This document shows, in pieces, positions 62,431 to 64,000 of a DNA stretch of 64,000 nucleotides. The notes under the pieces were generated by a model. The model searched no databases and was not told the origin of the DNA. It saw nothing but the letters and a program-made list of their open reading frames with translations. The translations under genes were made by a program, and so were the position numbers. This DNA is from Thermoanaerobaculia bacterium (GTDB lineage Bacteria; Acidobacteriota; Thermoanaerobaculia; UBA5066), in contig CAVRAY010000001.1 of the NCBI GenBank assembly GCA_963719225.1, forward strand, positions 1,024,001 to 1,088,000, in the 5' to 3' direction. Position 1 is the stretch's first letter. Each line of letters starts with the position of its first letter.

Positions 62431-63035
62431 CGCTTCCCGCGATCCGCCGTGTCTCGGGCACGGCGCTCCCGCTGCGCGGCGACGACATCGACACGGACCG
62501 CATCATTCCGGCGCGTTTCCTGGTCTCGATCACGTTCGACGGGCTCGGGGCGCACGCGTTCGAGGACGACCGCCAGGCCGCGAAGGCGAAGAGGACACCG
62601 CACCCGTTCGACGATCCGCGCTTCTGGGGCGCGCGGATTCTCCTCGTGAACCGCAACTTCGGCTGCGGCTCGTCGCGCGAGCACGCGCCGCAGGCGATCG
62701 CCCGGGGCGGCATCCGCGCCGTCGTGGGCGAGTCCTTCTCGGAGATCTTCTTCGGGAACGCCGTCGCGATCGGCCTGCCGTGCGTCACGCTCCCGCGCGA
62801 AGACCTTGCCGATCTCCAGAGTCTCGTGGAGCGCGACCCGAAAGCCGCTCTCTCGCTGGACCTCGAGGCGAGGACGCTGATCGCCGAGGGGAAGGAGCTG
62901 CCGGTCTCGATTCCCGGGAACGCGCGCGAGGCGTTTCTCTCGGGCAACTGGGACGGGACGTCGATGCTCCTCGAGCGCTTCGAGGACGTGGAAGCGGTGG
63001 CCGCCCGCCTGCCTTACGTGGCGGGCTTCCCGTAA
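62427..63035 (+). CDS. leuD: 3-isopropylmalate dehydratase small subunit
   Basis: [13 protein letters not shown] and [12 protein letters not shown] motifs. Confidence 0.95.
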   Translation: MTLPAIRRVSGTALPLRGDDIDTDRIIPARFLVSITFDGLGAHAFEDDRQAAKAKRTPHPFDDPRFWGARILLVNRNFGCGSSREHAPQAIARGGIRAVVGESFSEIFFGNAVAIGLPCVTLPREDLADLQSLVERDPKAALSLDLEARTLIAEGKELPVSIPGNAREAFLSGNWDGTSMLLERFEDVEAVAARLPYVAGFP

Positions 63036-63949
63036 TGATGCGGCGAGCCCTTCTTCTCGCGAGCGTGGCGCTCGCGACGGTGTGCCGCGCCGAGGAGGAA
63101 CCGGGGATTTCTCTGCAGAAGAAGGCCTTCGCGGCCAAGGAGGCCAAGGATTACGCGGCGTGCGCGGCGACAATGGACCGGATCTTCGAGCGCGGCGAGA
63201 AGTCGATCGGCGCTCTCTACTACGGCGCGGGCTGCTACGCCCTCACGGGGCAAAGAGACAAAGCCTTCGCCGTTCTCGAGAAGGCCCTCGACCAGCCCGT
63301 CGACCGGAACTCGTACTTCAACTTCGAGCGGCTCGAACGCGATTCACGCCTCGATCTCGACGGACTGCGCGCCGACCCGCGTTGGAAACCGTTGGCCGCG
63401 CGGACGTCCGAGCGAAGAAAAGCCTTCCTCGCCTCGGAGGCGAGCGAGATGTTCCGGATCTACGTCGAGGATCAGGCGGACCGCTGGAGGCTGCCGCTCG
63501 ACCGTGCGTGGATCGCATCTCGCGACCGGGAACGCCGCGAAAGGACGAAGGCTCTGATCGGGGGCGGGCGGCTCCGGAACGCCGAGGACTACAACGAGGC
63601 TGCCTTCATCTTCCAGCACGGCAACGACTACGTGGACATAGGGCTCGCTCACGAGCTCGCCCGGAAAGCGTACGCGATGGAGCCCGACGGACTCGGCGTA
63701 CGCTGGACGGTGGCTGCCACTCTCGATCGCTATCTCTGGCTCGTCTGCCGCCCCCAGATCTACGGGACCCAATTCCAGATCACGGACGGCCGCTACACGA
63801 TCGAGCCCATCGATGCCGACCTGATCGACGATGCCGAGCGGGAACGCTGGGGCGTGCCGCCCCTTTCCGCCGCGCACGAGCGCGAGAAACGGCTCAACGC
63901 GGACCTCGCAAAGCAGGCAGCGGAAACGGAAAAGGCCGGGAAGAAATGA
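63035..63949 (+). CDS. Exported hypothetical protein (TPR-like N-terminus, DUF6624-like C-terminus)
   Basis: Signal peptide; EDQADR, IFQH, DRYL..PQIYGTQF and R..WGVPPL motifs. Confidence 0.65.
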   Translation: MMRRALLLASVALATVCRAEEEPGISLQKKAFAAKEAKDYAACAATMDRIFERGEKSIGALYYGAGCYALTGQRDKAFAVLEKALDQPVDRNSYFNFERLERDSRLDLDGLRADPRWKPLAARTSERRKAFLASEASEMFRIYVEDQADRWRLPLDRAWIASRDRERRERTKALIGGGRLRNAEDYNEAAFIFQHGNDYVDIGLAHELARKAYAMEPDGLGVRWTVAATLDRYLWLVCRPQIYGTQFQITDGRYTIEPIDADLIDDAERERWGVPPLSAAHEREKRLNADLAKQAAETEKAGKK

Positions 63950-63952
63950 AAA

Positions 63953-63984
63953 GAAAGGAGGGGGCAGGCCGCCCCCTCCCTTTC
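63953..63984. terminator. Rho-independent terminator hairpin
   Basis: GAAAGGAGGGGGC-AGGCC-GCCCCCTCCCTTTC, flanked by an A-tract on the left and a T-tract on the right. Confidence 0.65.
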
Positions 63985-64000
63985 GGTCGAGTTCGGGAAT

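Noticed and set aside
61018-63035. leuCD separated from leuAB
   Set aside because: Split leucine operons are common; not notable.

Overview
A high-GC bacterial chromosomal window. The gene repertoire suggests Acidobacteriota (Thermoanaerobaculia-like), but this is inference from protein styles only. Housekeeping flanks (adenine deaminase, corA, ECF sigma/anti-sigma/Spy, parC-like topoisomerase A subunit and ispH on the left; lipid and hydrolase genes, a YyaL-like protein and leuCD on the right) enclose a ~39-kb accessory region (~8.4-47.6 kb) with three layers. (1) A metal(loid)/thiol module: ArsP-like permease, ArsR, a DUF6125-like protein, three tiny Cys/Sec peptides and a sigma54 two-component system. 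(2) A sulfur-handling module: TolC-MFP-RND-PII-like-ArsR, DUF2892-OsmC, TauE-DUF1634, a class-V aminotransferase and a trans-sulfuration lyase. (3) A ~21.5-kb osmotic/salt-stress block between two near-identical arsR copies: MarR, CLC, pfkB-sps/spp-sus sucrose genes, two CPA1 antiporters, an APC transporter, USPs, BON, MscS, nitrilase/GNAT and duplicated ABM-like genes. The strongest novel signal is an unannotated 57-aa membrane peptide (11201..11374, minus strand) with an in-frame UGA followed by a textbook-positioned SECIS-like hairpin. Its read-through stop overlaps the start of the DUF6125-like gene, making it a candidate new selenoprotein operon. No tRNA, rRNA, CRISPR array, integrase or transposase was seen. 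Several accessory genes are frameshifted, through either decay or assembly error.
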